This document shows, in pieces, positions 61,911 to 64,000 of a stretch of 64,000 nucleotides of DNA. Numbering within the stretch: the stretch's first letter is position 1; each line of letters starts with the position of its first letter. This DNA is from Spirochaetia bacterium. Its GTDB lineage: Bacteria > Spirochaetota > Spirochaetia > DSM-2461. The stretch is taken from the NCBI GenBank assembly GCA_963668315.1, contig OY764216.1, positions 5,248,001-5,312,000 on the forward strand. The letters run 5' to 3'. Below the pieces are notes generated by a model. The model did not search any database. It saw only the letters and a program-made list of their open reading frames with translations, and was not told the origin of the DNA. Made by a program: the position numbers and the translations under genes.

Positions 61911-62277
61911 TTCTATGTATAAATCTATTTATTTCTTTCCACGCATATACTTATATAATTTACTATTTTTTCTTCCCCTCCTCTTCTACGATAGATAAAG
62001 AAAAAAGAAACGAAACCTGGGACGAAGTGGGTCAAAGGGATACATTTTTCTGAAAAGGCTTCCGGAGTGACTCCTTTAGACACACAGGTGTCATTATGAC
62101 TCACTTTTCCGTTACCCTTCGCGCTCAAGGTGTCGGCGGAACCGTTTTTTTTCACGATTCTATGCTGCCGCCCGGGCTGGGTTTCTTGCCGTTCAGTCCT
62201 TTTTAGGGGGGGAAGAGAAAAAAACAGTATGTATTTCCGGGAAAACTGCTGTATCATTTCCTGAAAAGGAGTCAATT

Positions 62278-62823
62278 ATGCCTGACAATCAGAAACGGAG
62301 TACAGCCGTAAGGATAGTAATAGTGATTCTCATCGCCTTCGCACTGATAATCACCGCTGCGGTGGCTTATGGAGCCGCCCTTCTGAATGGCCGGGTTCCC
62401 GTGCCGCAAGGCGCCCTGAATATCATAGCCTCCAGGGCTGACATGCCTTATGAAGAGAAGGAGATGATGAATAAGGCCCTCGATGTCTATGAAATCATCC
62501 GGACATCCGAAGCGGGAAATGATATGAAGAAACTCCGGAAAATGGTTATGAGCGGAACGTCCCAGGAAGAAGCGGCAGAACAGCTGATCCGCAGTTATTC
62601 CCTTCTGAACGGGGAGGATATGGAAGAGATTCGCCGGGTCATGGAAATTGAGCCGGAAGATTTCAGTCAGGGCAGATCCATTCTCGAGGCCGGGATGGAA
62701 GACTATAGCCGCACCGGGGAGTTCACCTTATCCGACGGAGATAAGGAAAAGCTCAAGGCCCTGGGAGAAAAATACGGTTTGACCGAAGAAAACCTGGAAA
62801 GCTGGTCCGGTTCCTATGAATAG
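62278..62823 (+). CDS. Hypothetical protein, N-terminal TM anchor and acidic helical domain
   Basis: AAGGAG RBS, single hydrophobic segment, overlaps the next gene start. Confidence 0.75.
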   Translation: MPDNQKRSTAVRIVIVILIAFALIITAAVAYGAALLNGRVPVPQGALNIIASRADMPYEEKEMMNKALDVYEIIRTSEAGNDMKKLRKMVMSGTSQEEAAEQLIRSYSLLNGEDMEEIRRVMEIEPEDFSQGRSILEAGMEDYSRTGEFTLSDGDKEKLKALGEKYGLTEENLESWSGSYE

Positions 62824-63667
62824 GACCTCTTTTCTTCCTGTTATCGCCATTCTCATAGGAACCGCGCTGGGAGCTTCCAGCGGTCTTTTCATAAAGGGTC
62901 TCTCCCTTTCCAGCCTGGCGCTCAGCGGGTTCAGAATGGGCGTCCCCTTCCTGCTTCTGTTCCCCTACGTGATAAGAATGAAGACCTTTCGCGGAACTCC
63001 CGGAATGGGAAAAAAACTCATCCTGGGCAGTTCACTGAACAGCGTCAGAATGTTCTTCTATATCGCCGCCTACAAACTGACGACCCTGGGCAATGCGGTG
63101 GTGCTCCTGTATCTCTGGCCGGTTTTCGCCCTGCTTTTTCAGAGTCTCTTCAGAAAAAAGATGCCCGGATGGAAACAGATAGGTCTCCTGCTGGCCGCCT
63201 TTGCCGGAGTACTCATCATGAACCTCCACAGAGATTTTTCCCTCCACGGAAAAGATCTGCCGGGGAGTCTGCTCATGATCGCTTCCGCCGCGCTGTTTTC
63301 TATAACCATGCTGCTCTTCAAAACCGCGCTGAAGGATCTGGACGAACTTTCCAGCCTCTTTCATCAGAATGCCGTCGGCGCCCTCATCTTCCTTCCCTTT
63401 CTCATCAGGGAACTTCCCGCCATCCCTCCGGCCGACCTGGGAATCGGAATTGTCTACGGGCTGGCCGTGGGAATTGTAAGCTTCGGACTCTTTTTCTTCT
63501 CCCTTAAGAGACTCCCCATTTTCCAGTACAGCGCCCTGGCCTATTCGGAAGTCATATTCGGTCTGATTTTCTCCGTCACGGTATTGGGAGAAGGCCTGGT
63601 TGTCAATCAGATTGTCGGAGCCCTGATCGTTATATCGGCAAGTTTTTACTCCCAGCAGGTGGAATAG
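62816..63667 (+). CDS. DMT/EamA-family transporter
   Basis: About 10 TM segments in two repeats, 'AVVLLYLWPVF', 'YSEVIFG', 'GE.L...QIVG'. Confidence 0.92.
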   Translation: MNRTSFLPVIAILIGTALGASSGLFIKGLSLSSLALSGFRMGVPFLLLFPYVIRMKTFRGTPGMGKKLILGSSLNSVRMFFYIAAYKLTTLGNAVVLLYLWPVFALLFQSLFRKKMPGWKQIGLLLAAFAGVLIMNLHRDFSLHGKDLPGSLLMIASAALFSITMLLFKTALKDLDELSSLFHQNAVGALIFLPFLIRELPAIPPADLGIGIVYGLAVGIVSFGLFFFSLKRLPIFQYSALAYSEVIFGLIFSVTVLGEGLVVNQIVGALIVISASFYSQQVE

Positions 63668-63907
63668 AGCCGATGGGGCCGGGAATCGCCCAATGGCGGA
63701 CATTAAGGGCCTTCTCCCGTTAAAAAACGTGAGAAACGGTAATTTTTTACCTATTTTTCACCTCAAACCGCTTTAACAATCGGCTTATTTATTCTATGGT
63801 TATTACAACATAAACCACATAAACTTAATACTAATTAAGATCTTGTAAAAATCCCGTAGTCTTTCAACACCTAAGAGATAAAGGTCTTTTTTTTAGAGGA
63901 GATTTAA

Positions 63908-64000
63908 ATGGCTAAAATCAAAGTTGGTTTTAACGGAATGGGACGTATCGGTAAGAACGTCATGAGAGTTATCGTTGAAAAATTCAACGATCAGATCGAA
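63908..64000 (+). CDS. gap: Glyceraldehyde-3-phosphate dehydrogenase type I, N-terminus (runs off the right edge)
   Basis: GAGGAG RBS; MAKIKVGFNGMGRIGKNVMR. Confidence 0.92.
   Translation, partial: MAKIKVGFNGMGRIGKNVMRVIVEKFNDQIE

Noticed and set aside
61778..62275. Small ORFs 61778-62053 (+) and 61925-62275 (-)
   Set aside because: They have atypical composition and overlap promoter and enhancer-like elements.
1..64000. CRISPR arrays, tRNA/rRNA genes, transposases, prophage or defence genes
   Set aside because: No regularly spaced repeats, cloverleafs or relevant protein motifs were seen by eye; small RNAs could still be missed without a covariance search.

Overview
This is a 64 kb stretch of bacterial chromosome, most likely from a free-living anaerobic spirochaete (Spirochaetales-like). 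That assignment is inferred from the 'LAANGKAE' solute-binding-protein leader, the 'LFSC' lipoboxes and the gene content. I count about 55 genes and see no rRNA, tRNA, CRISPR array or transposase. Left to right: (1) a glycan locus (partial GH95 fucosidase missed by the ORF track, carbohydrate ABC transporter, YesM/YesN-type two-component system, DeoR regulator, GH146/GH127-type glycosidase); (2) a fructosamine kinase plus a TetR-controlled operon of class III aminotransferase, class II aldolase, FGGY kinase and FLVCR-like MFS, proposed here as an uncharacterised amino-polyol catabolic pathway; (3) a lipoprotein flavin reductase with an FMN-binding domain and a non-fumarate, non-urocanate active site, with a divergent PucR-type regulator; (4) a PAS-GGDEF-EAL protein and LacI plus alpha-xylosidase; (5) mixed housekeeping, transport and signalling genes; (6) a menA / ndh2-with-membrane-tail / polyprenyl synthase trio resembling the Listeria flavin-based extracellular electron transfer (EET) core, with tandem flavinylation-like motifs; (7) hflKC, MCP, a DUF849 variant, pepT and a diguanylate cyclase; (8) a YtrA-type GntR operon (SPFH protein, ABC ATPase, three FtsX-like permeases, LolA-like protein, probable outer-membrane barrel) under a 46-bp perfect palindrome; (9) hsp20 with a sigma-54 promoter; and (10) the start of gap. 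All functional calls come from motif recognition by eye; no database searches were run.
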